From contig CAVVUS010000023.1 of NCBI GenBank assembly GCA_963751345.1, forward strand, positions 192,001 through 256,000: 64,000 bases of DNA, given 5' to 3'. Shown one piece after another: positions 19,549 to 30,240 of this stretch (positions are counted from its first letter, which is position 1; the number at the start of each line of letters is the position of its first letter). This DNA is from an uncultured Chloroflexia bacterium (GTDB lineage Bacteria; Chloroflexota; Anaerolineae; B4-G1; SLSP01). A program made the position numbers and the translations under genes. The notes under the pieces were generated by a model. It was not told the DNA's origin. It worked only from the letters and a program-made list of their open reading frames with translations, and did no database searches.

Positions 19549-21906
19549 ATGGACCACATTGACCTGACGGATCTGTGGCGTTTCCAACCTGACCCGGCGA
19601 GCACCGGCGCAGCCAGAGGGTACGCTGCGCCTGCCTACGACGACCACCGGTGGCGCGAGGTAAGGCTTCCGGCCGATTTCGAGTTGTGCCATCCCGCCCT
19701 GGATACCTACGAGGGTGCCGGATGGTTCAGACGGCGGGTCACCGTCCCGGGCGCTTGGCGTGGCTACAGGGTCGTCCTGCGCTTTGAGGGGATCAATGCC
19801 CACGCGCAGGTCTGGGTGAATGGTGAGCCCGTGGGTATCTGCGGGGACCCTTTCCTGCCGTTTGCGTTCGACGTTGGCGACATGTTGGCCTTCGATGCAC
19901 CGAGCCTCATCGCGGTCTGCGTCGACAACGAGCAGCGGTTGGGGGACGTGCCCGGACGGCAACGCGGGTGGCGCAACTTCGGCGGCATCCTGCGGGAGGT
20001 TGGGCTTTTCAAGACGAGTCGCTGCAGCATCGATGCGTTGCACGTCGATGCCGCGCCCGGGGAGGAGGGCGGCCATTTCACGCTCTCGGCTAGCGTCGTC
20101 AATTCGCTGGATAACGGCGTGCAGGCTACCGTCTCGGCGTCGCTTGCGGATCCCAATGGCGAGGTGTTGGCCAGGATGGTCAGCGGGGCCACCCTTGTCT
20201 CCGTGGGAGAGCGCGTCACGATCTCTGTGGAAGGTGACGTGCCGGGCGTCGAGCCCTGGTCGCCTGACCAGCCGACGCTGTACACGGTCGAGGTGACGCT
20301 CCGGGTAGGGAGCGAGGCGGTGGACACGCGGTCACTGCGCGTGGGCTTCCGCGCGGTCGAGGTGCGGAATGGGCGCTTGATGCTCAATGGCGCACCGATC
20401 TATCTCACAGGCTACAATCGCCACGAGGACTCGCCGGACCGCAACATGCGCACGGATCTGGAGCTGGTGCGCCGGGACCTGACGGCGATGAAGGAGGCCG
20501 GTGCCAACTTCGTCCGCCTCTGCCACTATCCGCATCATCCCGGCGAGCTCGACCTGTGCGATGAGGTAGGGCTGCTCGTGATGGACGAGATCCCCCTGTA
20601 TTGGTGGGACGGGTTGGAGGAGGGGGAAATCGCATCGGCGGAGAAGCTTACGACGGCCAAGCGGCAACTCGAAATGCTCGTGGCGCGAGATCGCAACCAT
20701 CCCTCCGTGATCTTCTGGTCGGTGAGTAACGAAACGCACGAAGAGCGGCCCGAGGTGGCTGCGGGCAACCGCGAGCTGGTGGCCCTGGCGCGTGAGCTTG
20801 ACCCGTCGCGACTGGCGGTTCACGTCAGCGATCATTGGCGAGAAACCCCAAACTTCGATGAGGATGGCGTGATCTGCGTCAATGGCTATCCGAGCATTGG
20901 CCCCCTGATCTACGATCCCGATCCCGATTTCAGCCCTGCGCAGTCCACGGCGTTCTGGCGGGAGGAACTCGCAGCGCTTCACACGCTCTATCCGGACAAA
21001 CCGATCCTGGTGACGGAGTTCGGCTATACCTCATTCTATGGCGTGGTCGATAATGCCTTCAGCGGCGACCAACACGCCGACGTCATCGCGGCTGAATTCG
21101 CCGGGATGGACGCGCCATACGTCTGCGGTGCGACGATCTGGTGCTGGGCCGATCACGCGTGGCCACCCGCGACCTTCAGGTTCTGTGGCTATCTGGCAGT
21201 CAGCCCTTACGGCGTGCTGACTCGCGACCGGCGACGTAAGCCCGCCTATTGGCGGTCCCGTGAGCTTTTCCGCGCCAGGCAGGGGCTCGTCCAGCCGTCC
21301 AAGGTCGGCCAACCTCGCGAGCCTGGTCCCTCGGGCTACGAGGTCTCCATGGTGCGACCTAATCTGCGCGACATCCCGCAGGTCGCCCTGCCCGACGGTT
21401 TCAGCATTCGACCGATGCGCCGGGACGACGGAGCCCTGTGGACGGATATCTGGCGTGATGCGGAGGAGTATGGTCCCATTGGGCCGTGGCTGTTCGAGGA
21501 TCAGTTCGGTGACGATCCGGAGGCGCTGAAATGGCGGGGCTTCATGGTCGAAGATGAACGGGGTGTCGCCGTGGCCACTATCACGGCGTGGTACAACCGG
21601 ACGTACAAGGGTGAGGACTATGGCCAGATCCACTGGGTTGCGGTGCGCAAGGCGTACTGGGGGCGTGGGCTCGGGAAGGCAATGATGACCCACGCCCTCA
21701 ACGAGATGGCGAAATGGCACGACAGGGCATTCCTGGGCACGCAGACCAAGCGTCTGGCCGCCATTAAGGTTTACCTGGACTTCGGGTTCGTGCCGGATCT
21801 GGATCACGAGGGCGCAGGGGAAGCATGGCGAGTCGTGAAGGCGCAGCTGTCGCATCCGGCGCTCGTGACGGTGGGCTGCCGAGCGGTGAACGGAGAGCGC
21901 AAATGA
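19549..21906 (+). CDS. GH2 beta-glucuronidase/galactosidase-like hydrolase fused to a C-terminal GNAT domain
   Basis: YEGAGWFRR, GYNRHED, RLCHYP, NHPSVIFWSVSNE and LVTEFG (GH2), then IHWVAVRKAYWGRGLGKAM..AIKVYLDFGF (GNAT). Confidence 0.85.
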   Translation: MDHIDLTDLWRFQPDPASTGAARGYAAPAYDDHRWREVRLPADFELCHPALDTYEGAGWFRRRVTVPGAWRGYRVVLRFEGINAHAQVWVNGEPVGICGDPFLPFAFDVGDMLAFDAPSLIAVCVDNEQRLGDVPGRQRGWRNFGGILREVGLFKTSRCSIDALHVDAAPGEEGGHFTLSASVVNSLDNGVQATVSASLADPNGEVLARMVSGATLVSVGERVTISVEGDVPGVEPWSPDQPTLYTVEVTLRVGSEAVDTRSLRVGFRAVEVRNGRLMLNGAPIYLTGYNRHEDSPDRNMRTDLELVRRDLTAMKEAGANFVRLCHYPHHPGELDLCDEVGLLVMDEIPLYWWDGLEEGEIASAEKLTTAKRQLEMLVARDRNHPSVIFWSVSNETHEERPEVAAGNRELVALARELDPSRLAVHVSDHWRETPNFDEDGVICVNGYPSIGPLIYDPDPDFSPAQSTAFWREELAALHTLYPDKPILVTEFGYTSFYGVVDNAFSGDQHADVIAAEFAGMDAPYVCGATIWCWADHAWPPATFRFCGYLAVSPYGVLTRDRRRKPAYWRSRELFRARQGLVQPSKVGQPREPGPSGYEVSMVRPNLRDIPQVALPDGFSIRPMRRDDGALWTDIWRDAEEYGPIGPWLFEDQFGDDPEALKWRGFMVEDERGVAVATITAWYNRTYKGEDYGQIHWVAVRKAYWGRGLGKAMMTHALNEMAKWHDRAFLGTQTKRLAAIKVYLDFGFVPDLDHEGAGEAWRVVKAQLSHPALVTVGCRAVNGERK

Positions 21907-22994
21907 TTGAGCGGTACCTGGATGATCTGGAGTCGCGGATCGACCCGCAGGTGGAGGACGCGCTGTGGGACGACTGGATGGGGTTTGTCGAGGGTGCGTT
22001 CGAGGGCGACATCTTCTCACCCACGGGTCAAGGTGTCGCCGACCGGCGTTGACTGGCCTCACGTCTTGGTCAATGAGGCGCTGGATAGCTACGAGGCGAT
22101 GGCGCTGCAGCAGCTTGGCCCTTGCTCGGACGCGCTGGCAAGCGGCACCGGCCATCTGATGGCCGTGCGGTGCAACTACGGCACCGGGATCCTGCCCTCG
22201 CTCTTCGGTGCGGAGCTCTTCGTGATGGATCGCGAGACCGACACGCTTCCGACGGTAGTTCCGCTGGGTGGTCTGGAGGCCACACGCCTCGACGCGTCGC
22301 TGGTCCGAGCGGATACATCCAAGGCCGCGGGCGCCGTGCGGGCGCTGCTGGCGGGGGGCGTCCCGGATCTCACGGGCGGGTTAGGGGGCAAGGTATTCGA
22401 GACGGCGGAGTACTACGCCGAACTCTTCGCGCCCTATCCGAAGATCCGCCGTACGTTCACCTCTATCACCCCGATCTGCAGGGACCAATGGACATCTGCG
22501 AGCTGCTCTGGGGCAGCTCGCTCTTCGTCGCCCTCGTCGAGGCGCCGGATCTGGTGACCGATCTGCTCGACTTGGTGACCGAGACCTACGTCGCGTTTAT
22601 GGACAGGTGGTTGGCACAGGTGCCGCCGGACGATGGACCTGCCGTCCACTGGTCGATGGCCCACTTGGGCACGATTATGGTGCGGGATGACTCGGCGATG
22701 AACCTCTCGCCACGTATGTTCGACCGATTCATCCGGCCCTACGACGGGCGCCTCTTTGACTACGGCGGGGGCGCGCTCCACTTTTGTGGCCGGGGCGACC
22801 ACTACATCCGCAGTGCCTCGGAGATCCCGGGTGTGACCGCGATCAATATGTCGCAGCCGGAGTACAACGATATGGATACGATCTTCGACCACACGGTGGA
22901 GAAGGGGATCAACATCATCGGCTTGCCCCGCGAGGCCGCGGAGTCGGCGCTGGCGCGTGGGCGCGACCTGCACGGCCGCGTTCACTGCTGGTAG
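21903..22994 (+). CDS. Uroporphyrinogen decarboxylase/MtaA-CmuA-like TIM-barrel protein (frameshifts near 22020 and 22450)
   Basis: Pieces MIERYLDDLE.., RCNYGTGILPSLFGAE, and YHPDLQGPMDI..RDDSAMNLSPRMF..LHFCGRGDH. Confidence 0.65.
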
Positions 22995-23006
22995 AAGGAG
23001 GTTGCG

Positions 23007-23800
23007 ATGCGCGCTAAAGATCTACAAGCCTATTTCCGCTCGCTCAACGGCGGGTGGATGAATCTCAACCAGACGGTCGATACTTTCAAGAGCGGTAGTC
23101 CCGACGTCGAGGTGAAGGGGATTGCCGTGTCGTGGATGAGCACGCGTGAGGCGCTTGTGCAAGCGTCCGAGCTTGGATGCAACATCTTCGTCACCCACGA
23201 GCCGACTTACTACAATCACAGGGACGACCCGAACGACCGCATCTTCAAGTTTGCCGGCGCACAGGAGAAGCGAGAGTTCGTTGAGGCCGGCGGCATCACG
23301 ATCATCCGGTGCCACGATCTGTGGGACCAGGTCCCTGAGATAGGGATTCCCGATGCTTGGGGTGGGGCGCTCGGCTTTGGCCGGGCCGTGGCCGGCGAGG
23401 GGTACTATCGCGTCTACGACGTCGGCGGGCGAACGGCGGGCGATGTTGCGCGACAGGTGGCAGAGCGCACGCAAACTTTGGCCAAGAGGCCGTGCAGTTG
23501 GTCGGCCATCCGGAGACGCCGGTAAGTCGGGTCGCGATCGGCACCGGGGCGATCACACAGCTTTTCGTCTACGTTCGTGAGTTTGGCGTGTCCTCCGAGC
23601 ATCCCGTCGACCTCGCGATCTGTACGGATGACGGGTTCACCTACTGGCAGCACGGGGCGTATGCGCTGGACGTAGGGCTGCCGGTGATCATCGTCAACCA
23701 CGCTACCAGCGAGGAGCCGGGCATGATGCAGTTGGCGGAGCACCTGAAGAAGCGGTTCCCCGAGGTGCCGGTGCACTTCATTCCGCGGGGATGCCTGTAA
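23007..23800 (+). CDS. Nif3-like dinuclear metal-centre protein (frameshift near 23478; 3' end uncertain)
   Basis: TVDTFKSG.PDVEVKGIAVSW, FVTHEPTYY, RCHDLWD, then VNHATSEEPGM. Confidence 0.8.
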
Positions 23801-24063
23801 GGTTGGTCCCGGCCGCATTCTAGACTGCACCCGGGCGTGTCCGGCCCCGGTAAGACTCCATTCGGCGGAGCATACCCGTTTGGCCTCCGGTCTACACTCC
23901 GAGCTGCCAAACATCGCTGGGGAGGGAAACCCCAAGGTCTAGGTAGGACCTACGACCAAAGTCTGAGATGCGGTTCGGCCCCTGTGCTGATGCCGGCACC
24001 GCCGGACGCCTGTAGAGTGAACTATAGGCTCCAATGTGTCACTAGCAGCAGGAGGGTAAAGCA

Positions 24064-24482
24064 ATGAGAATCAAAGTCACTTGGTTAGCGGCCTTGGTCG
24101 CTGTCTTGGCGGTGACGTTGTTAGTGCCGGCGACGACAGAGGCGGCACCGGCGCAGTGGAATTCGTGTACGCAGTGGCACACCGTCGGGTGGGGAGAGAA
24201 CCTATACCGGATCTCACTCTACTACGGGACGACGGTGGGCCGGCTCCAGGCGCTGAATGGCATTGCCAATCCGAACTACGTCCGGTACGGCCAGGCGCTT
24301 TGTGTGCGTGGCGGGGCTTCATTCCCCTACGGACACCACGGCTTCTCCTACACCGTTCGGTATGGCGATACCCTTTACGGCATCGGGCAGCGCTTCGGCG
24401 TGAGCGTGTGGTCGCTTGCTACTATAACCACCTTCCGTATCCCAACTGGATCTATGCAGGTCAGGTCCTATGGATTCCCTGA
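24064..24482 (+). CDS. Secreted protein with two LysM domains (frameshift near 24420)
   Basis: Signal peptide ending AEA, HTVGWGENLYRIS..NGIANPN, YTVRYGDTL, then YNHLPYPNWIYAGQVLWIP. Confidence 0.85.
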
Positions 24483-24490
24483 TCGTCCGA

Positions 24491-24519
24491 GGCCCGCGGC
24501 GCATGATACGCCGCGGGCC
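24491..24519. terminator. Hairpin between convergent genes
   Basis: Perfect 11-bp inverted repeat GGCCCGCGGCG / CGCCGCGGGCC with a 7-nt loop. Confidence 0.5.
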
Positions 24520-24536
24520 GCCGGGCACGCGCCGTT

Positions 24537-26108
24537 TCAGGGTGCGTGACCTGTCAGCGGAATGACAGCGCGCACGCAGGTTCCTCCGGCGGGCGCGCTG
24601 TTGATGATGAGACGTCCCCCCAGGTGTTGTGTGCGTTCCCGCATCGACTGCAGGCCAAAGTGCCCCGGATAGATCCTGCCGGCGTCGAAGCCGGCACCGT
24701 CGTCCTCGATTAGCAGCGTGATCTCCCCGTCTGCCGGGATAAGTTGGACACGGACGTTGGTGGCCTGCGCGTGTTTGACGACGTTGCTCAGTGCCTCGTG
24801 GGCGATGCGGTAGAGAGCCTCCTTCACCTCGCCGGCACCTTGGGCTCGTCGGGGAAATCGGTCGAGATCCGCAGTTTGTAGCGCGCGCAGAGGCCGGTCA
24901 CCTGTTTGTCCAGGGCGGAGACCAAGCCGTCTTCCTCCAGCACGTCGGGCCGCAGCTCCAGGAGGATGGCGCGCATGTCGGTCAGCGCGGTCTCGGCCAG
25001 GTCCAGCACGTACGTCAATGCCTGCATCGCCCGGTCGGGCTCGGTGTTCAGGCTAGCGCACGCCGTACGGACGCCCAACCCAATGCCATAGAGCGCTTGG
25101 GAAACGGAGTCGTGAAGCTCGCGCGCGATGCGTTGGCGCTCCTGGAGGATGGCAAGATGCTGCGCAGCTTCGTGGAGGCGTGCGTTGTCAAAGGCAACCG
25201 CTACCTGGTTGGCGAAGGCAAGGGCCAGGTTGGCGTGGAGCAGCGAGAAGTGACCGGGGTCGGCGTGCTCCAGCGCGAGCACGCCGATCAGGCGGTCCTT
25301 GGCCATCAGCGGAACGCCCAGCCATGAGGCGCAGTGGTGCGCGAGGACGCCGAGATGCTTGCCCCACGAATGCTGCCATGCCCGCGCACGCGGCGTCGCC
25401 GCGTGGACGTTCGGGATCGTGAGGGGCCGCCGCCGGTCGAGCACCATGCGGATGTGTTCGAGCTGGTCCGGGGGCCAGTAACGGGGCAGGTCGAGGATGG
25501 CCCACGGCCCCCGGGTGTCGAGCAAGGTGAGTCCCCCATCGTCATTCGTCGCGAAGATCGTGGCTGCGTCGTACGTGACGACCTCGGCGAGCAGGTCGAG
25601 CGTCTTGGCAAGCAGGGGCTCAAGTTGGAGAGTCGACGCCACGTCGCGCGAGATCTGCAACAGGATGGAGAGCTCACGTGTGCGCTCCCGTACTCGCATT
25701 TCCAGACCCTGTATGGCGTGGGCCCGGTTGGTTACGTCGCGCACGACGCTGAGCACGTGTGGCTCACCCCCGTGGATGAAACCGCTGCTGCGTACTTCCG
25801 CGTCGAAGAGCGTGCCGTCGCGTCGCCGGCCCACAGCCTGCACGACGGACCCCTCGTCTCTCTCGATTCGCCCGGGTGTGGCCTTGAGGAGGGCGTGGCT
25901 CGGCGTCGATCAGGGCGGAGAGCTTCAGCCCGATCGCGTCCCTGCGTTTATACCCGTACATCACGCAGGCGGCGGGGTTGATCTCCACGATGCGTCCGTC
26001 CCTCCCCGTGACGATCAGGGCATCGCCCGTCGCATCGAAGATGGCGCGAAACCGGGCCTCACTCTCCCCAGCGGCGGTCTCGCGGTTCGGCGCGCGCTGG
26101 TCGGACAT
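24537..26108 (-). CDS. PAS-GAF sensor histidine kinase, HisKA_3 (NarX/DesK-type), frameshifted
   Basis: SEARFRAIFD PAS, GAF (SWLGVPLMAKDRLIGVL), ERQRIARELHDSVSQAL, EALSNVVKHA, DDGAGF, GHFGLQSMRER. Confidence 0.85.
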
Positions 26109-26749
26109 CAGGTACTTTCGTCGAGGGTGATCAGGCCGGTCCTGACGGCGTAGAGAGCCGCTTCGGTGCGGCTGAGCACACCGAGCTTGCCGAGGACGTT
26201 GCTGACGTGGGTTTTGACGGTTTTCTCGGTGATGCCGAGCGAGAAACCGATCTGGCGGTTCGTCTTTCCCGATGCGATAAGACAGAGCACCTCGGACTCA
26301 CGCGGCGTCAGGTCCACCGGATCGTCTGACAGGTCGACGTGCGCGATCAGACGCATCGCGGCTTCGTGGGAGAGCTGAACCTGTCCGGCCGCCGCGGCCT
26401 TGATCGCCTTACAGAGCTCGTCGCCTCCGGTGTCCTTGAGCAGGTAGCCCATAGCACCCACGCGAATGGCGTCGTAGACGAGTTTGTCTTCCAGGACGCT
26501 GGTGAGGGCGATGACCTCGGTGTCGGGTAGTGCCTTGCGAATGGCCTCCGTCGCCGCGATCCCGTCCATCTCCGGCATCAGGAGGTCCATCAGCACCACA
26601 TCCGGTCTCAGTTCGGCGGCCTTCTCGACGGCTTCGACACCGTTTTCGGCCTCGCCAACCACCGCCAACTCGCGATCCAGCCCCAGGAACATTCGCAGAC
26701 CCTGCCGAACGACGGCATGGTCATCCACAATAAGGACGCGAACGCTCAC
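26108..26749 (-). CDS. NarL/LuxR family response regulator
   Basis: VLIVDDHAVVRQGL, PDVVLMD, GYLLKD, LTPRESEVL, TVKTHVSN. Confidence 0.92.
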   Translation of the reverse strand: MSVRVLIVDDHAVVRQGLRMFLGLDRELAVVGEAENGVEAVEKAAELRPDVVLMDLLMPEMDGIAATEAIRKALPDTEVIALTSVLEDKLVYDAIRVGAMGYLLKDTGGDELCKAIKAAAAGQVQLSHEAAMRLIAHVDLSDDPVDLTPRESEVLCLIASGKTNRQIGFSLGITEKTVKTHVSNVLGKLGVLSRTEAALYAVRTGLITLDEST

Positions 26750-26819
26750 TTGGTTAGTTACCCCTTTCGATGGGCGGGCTTTGGGCCCCCCGGCGGACCC
26801 AAAGCCCCAGGTTGCGCCG

Positions 26820-27803
26820 TTACTCGGCGTACACGGCCTCCTGGAGGCCGCGCAGATAGCCGATGGCGAAGAGCCGGCCGATGCTGGAGTAGCTCGGCCG
26901 TGAGTTGTCGTCGCCCTCCATCGTGGGGACGTGGTCGGGGCGGCAGACGCCGTCAAATCCGACGTCGCGATAGGCCCTCATGCACGCCAGCATGTCGGTC
27001 TTGCCCTCGTCGTGGAAGGTCTCCACGAACTTCTTCACCGTGCCGCGGACGTCGCGGAAGTGGACGAAGAAGATCTTCTTCTGCTCGCCGAACTTGCGGA
27101 TGGCCGCCGGAAGGTCGTCGGTCATCAAGGTGAAGTTGCCCTGGCAGAGCGCGATGCCGTTGACAGGGCTGGGGACGAGGTCCAGGAGCCGCTGGTAGTT
27201 GTCGATGCTGCGCATGATGCGCGCCAGGCCCCGGATCGGTGAGAGGGGCGGATCATCGGGATGCATCGCCAGCTTCACACCCGCTTCCTCGGCGACCGGG
27301 ACGATGATCTTGAGGAAGGACTCCAGATTCTCCCAAAGAACGTCGTCCTCCACCACACCGTACTCGGTGAGGGGGGCGTTCTTGATCAACTCGTAATCGA
27401 AGCTGGTGGCGAGCGCGCCGCCACGTGCGGGCGTCGTGGTCGATGTGCGCATCCAGTTCATGATAGGCATCCACTCATAGCACCAGCAGGGGATGCCGAG
27501 CTTGCCCATATTCGTGATCAGGTCGATGACGTACTCGATCTCCTGGTCCTTTCCCGGCAGGCCCAGCTTGATCTTGTTCATCGGCGGACGGCTTTCCAGC
27601 ACGTCAAGGGTGAAGCCGTAGTCTTCGTACATCGTCTTGAGCCGCACGAGCGACATGTAGCTCCAGGGCAAGCGCTCCTTGGGCACATCAAGGCCGCCGC
27701 GACGTAGATCCATGCCGCCGACGGCGTGCGTGACGCCGGCTTGCTTGACCATGGTCCAAAGTGAAGAAGGATGGGGGGGCAACATCTCTGCGATCTTGAT
27801 CAT
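26820..27803 (-). CDS. uxuA: Mannonate dehydratase
   Basis: [49 protein letters not shown]. Confidence 0.85.
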   Translation of the reverse strand: MIKIAEMLPPHPSSLWTMVKQAGVTHAVGGMDLRRGGLDVPKERLPWSYMSLVRLKTMYEDYGFTLDVLESRPPMNKIKLGLPGKDQEIEYVIDLITNMGKLGIPCWCYEWMPIMNWMRTSTTTPARGGALATSFDYELIKNAPLTEYGVVEDDVLWENLESFLKIIVPVAEEAGVKLAMHPDDPPLSPIRGLARIMRSIDNYQRLLDLVPSPVNGIALCQGNFTLMTDDLPAAIRKFGEQKKIFFVHFRDVRGTVKKFVETFHDEGKTDMLACMRAYRDVGFDGVCRPDHVPTMEGDDNSRPSYSSIGRLFAIGYLRGLQEAVYAE

Positions 27804-27879
27804 ACGTTGGCTCCTTGGGTGATGGTATCATTGGTATGTTAGCAGGATTGATGGCTAATGCGAACCGGTATGCGTGGCC

Positions 27880-28407
27880 TCACCTACACTTGCTTCTATA
27901 AGCAAGGGAACGTCCGTCGATGGCGCGGGCGACTGCCAGAACGCCGTCGAGGTGGTCACACTCGTGCTGTAGAAGCTCCGACAGGTCGCCCTCGAGGTGC
28001 ACCACGCGTTCGCGCCAGGTCAGGTCGCGGTAGACGATGTCGCACGAGGCGTGGCGTTTCAGGCGGACAAGGAGATCCGGGAAGCTCATGCAGTCGTCCC
28101 AGAGCTCGATCATGGCCTCACTCTTATGGGTTAGCACGGGGTTGAAGAGCGGGGTGGGGGTGTCGATGCCGCTGTCGTTGGCGTCGGTCACGTTGCTGAC
28201 GCGCTCAAGGAAAACGATGCGCTTCATCACGCCGATCTGGGGCGCGGCAATGGCCCGGCCGACGCCGTGCCTTGCTCGGAACGCGAGCAACGTGTCGCGC
28301 AGATCCTGAACGGCTGGGCCGAGCGACTCGAGTTCCTCGCGTCTCACAGGGGCGCAGACTTCGTAGAGCTTGGGGTTGCCCAACAGCAGGATGTCACGGA
28401 TGGCCAT
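27880..28407 (-). CDS. def: Peptide deformylase (variant motifs)
   Basis: GRAIAAPQIG, DDCMSFP, QHECDHLDG. Confidence 0.85.
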   Translation of the reverse strand: MAIRDILLLGNPKLYEVCAPVRREELESLGPAVQDLRDTLLAFRARHGVGRAIAAPQIGVMKRIVFLERVSNVTDANDSGIDTPTPLFNPVLTHKSEAMIELWDDCMSFPDLLVRLKRHASCDIVYRDLTWRERVVHLEGDLSELLQHECDHLDGVLAVARAIDGRSLAYRSKCR

Positions 28408-29963
28408 CTAGACTCCCGGTCTTCCTGAGACGATTGGTCGTGGCGCGAACGCCCAGCCCATGTCGGCCATCGCCTCGCGAACGATGTCTTCCTCGATCCA
28501 TGGCAGCGTCTCATCGGCGCGCTCCAACGTGATCTCGCCGGCCTTGCCGCAGAAGACGACGGTGTCGCCGGGCCCGGCGTGGCGAAGCGCCCAGTCGATC
28601 GCCTCACGCCGGTCGGGCATCAGGCGGTAGTTACCGCGCCCTGCCTCGTCGGCGCCGCGCTTCATCTCGTCGAGGATATCGTAGATTGGCGTGTCTCGGC
28701 AGTCCTCCTCGGTGAAGATCGCGAGGTCGGCTAGCTCCGTCGCCACCGCCCCGAGGGGTGCGCGCTTGCTCGGGTCGCGTGGTCCACCTGCCGAGCCGAG
28801 CACGACGATCAGCCGCTTCTCGGTGGTCTGGCGCAGGCTCCCCAGCGCGTTGTGGAGGCTTTCGGGCGTGTGGGCGAAGTCGAGCACCACGCGCACGGGC
28901 CCGGTGTTGATGACCTGCATACGCCCAGGTACACCTGCGAAGGAGGCCAGGCCCGCCCGGATGTCGGGGACCGTGACGCCCAAATGCGCTACGGCGGCGA
29001 TGGCACCCAGAGCGTTGGCCACGTTGTAGGTGCCGAGAAGGGAAAGCTCCACCGGGAACGTCGCGCCGGGTGAGTGAACTACGAAGGTGAGCTCGCCGCC
29101 CTGTTCGACGACGTCACTCGCCCACCACGCGGCGCGGACGCCGTTAGCGCGGACGCCGTTAGCGTGGACGCCATTGGCTCCGAGGCCTTCGGCGTCGGCA
29201 TAGGTCAGATGGGGACGGTCGGTGAGACGCATGCCATAGGGATCGGCCGCATTGACCACGGCGAAGGCGGCGTTGTCGAAGAGGATCCGCTTCGCCTGGA
29301 AGTAGCCCTCCATATCGCCGTGGAAGTTGAGGTGCTCGGGCGCGAGGTTGGTCCAAATTGCGACGTCGAAACTCGTACCGCGAAGCCGCTGCTGTGCGAG
29401 GGCCTCGCTGCTTGCCTCGACCACGGCGTGGGTGCACCCGCGCGCGACCATCGTCGCGAGCGTTTCCTGGACCTGGGGCGCCTCAGGCGTGGTGAAATGT
29501 GCGGGGAATTGGTGCAGGACATCGTCGTCGAACTTGTAGCCCAGGGTGGAGAGCAATCCGGTGGGGTGCCCGGCGTGCCGGAGCAGGTGTCGTGTGAGCC
29601 ACGTCGTCGTTGTCTTGCCCTTGGTGCCCGTGACGCCGATGACGTGAGCTTGCGACTCGGGTAGCCGTTGAGCGCGGCCGCGAGGTCGCCCAGGGCACAG
29701 CGGGCGTTATCGACCTTGAGATAGGGGACGGACAGCGTCTCGCTGCCGGCCCAACCCTCACCGACGATGAGGGCGGCTCCACGTGCCAGGGCGTCGGGGA
29801 CGAAGCGGTGACCGTCGTGCGTATGTCCGCGCACGGCCACGAACGCGTACCCGGGCTTGATCCAACTCGAGTTGTGGGTCACACCGGTGACGTCTGCCGT
29901 GCCGTGCGGCGGCGCGCCCTCGAGACGGCCGCCGGTGATTTGTGCTATGGTCGAGAGATCCAT
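28408..29963 (-). CDS. murE: UDP-MurNAc-L-Ala-D-Glu diamino-acid ligase MurE (frameshift near 29645)
   Basis: DGHRFVPDA, GVTGTKGKTTT P-loop (third frame), FTTPE, EASS, TNLAPEHLNFH, GVPGRM, DFAHTP. Confidence 0.88.
29132..29176. repeat. In-frame 15-bp tandem repeat (3 copies) inside murE
   Basis: GCGCGGACGCCGTTA twice plus GCGTGGACGCCATTG. Encodes ANGVH-ANGVR-ANGVR. Confidence 0.8.
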
Positions 29964-30077
29964 TGGGTATGCCTCCTCCGCTGCAGACGATACCGCCGTC
30001 CGAGCGCGGCGTCAAGGGGCAGGCTGCTCGCGGTCCACCGGGGACGGCAAGACGTCGGCAGGGCCAGAAGGTCGAGC

Positions 30078-30187
30078 GGTGCCAGGTACCTGATCCGGCG
30101 AGCCTCTGGGATGGTCATCCGGCTCGCGGGCGGATCGCAACCAAGTGCCAGGCACTCCGCCGCAGACGGCGGGAAGTGCCAGGCACT
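30078..30187. repeat. Cluster of short REP-like palindromes
   Basis: GGTGCCAGGTACC (30078), AAGTGCCAGGCACT (30143) and AAGTGCCAGGCACT (30174) in intergenic DNA. Confidence 0.65.
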
Positions 30188-30240
30188 GAGAGGGGGGGCG
30201 TGCCGGATGGGTCCCGCCCGCGGTCCCCTGAGTATCCCCT

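Noticed and set aside
29945-30240. C-terminal extension of the enolase-family ORF into murE
   Set aside because: It follows a frameshift at the normal end of the fold and runs through intergenic palindromes.
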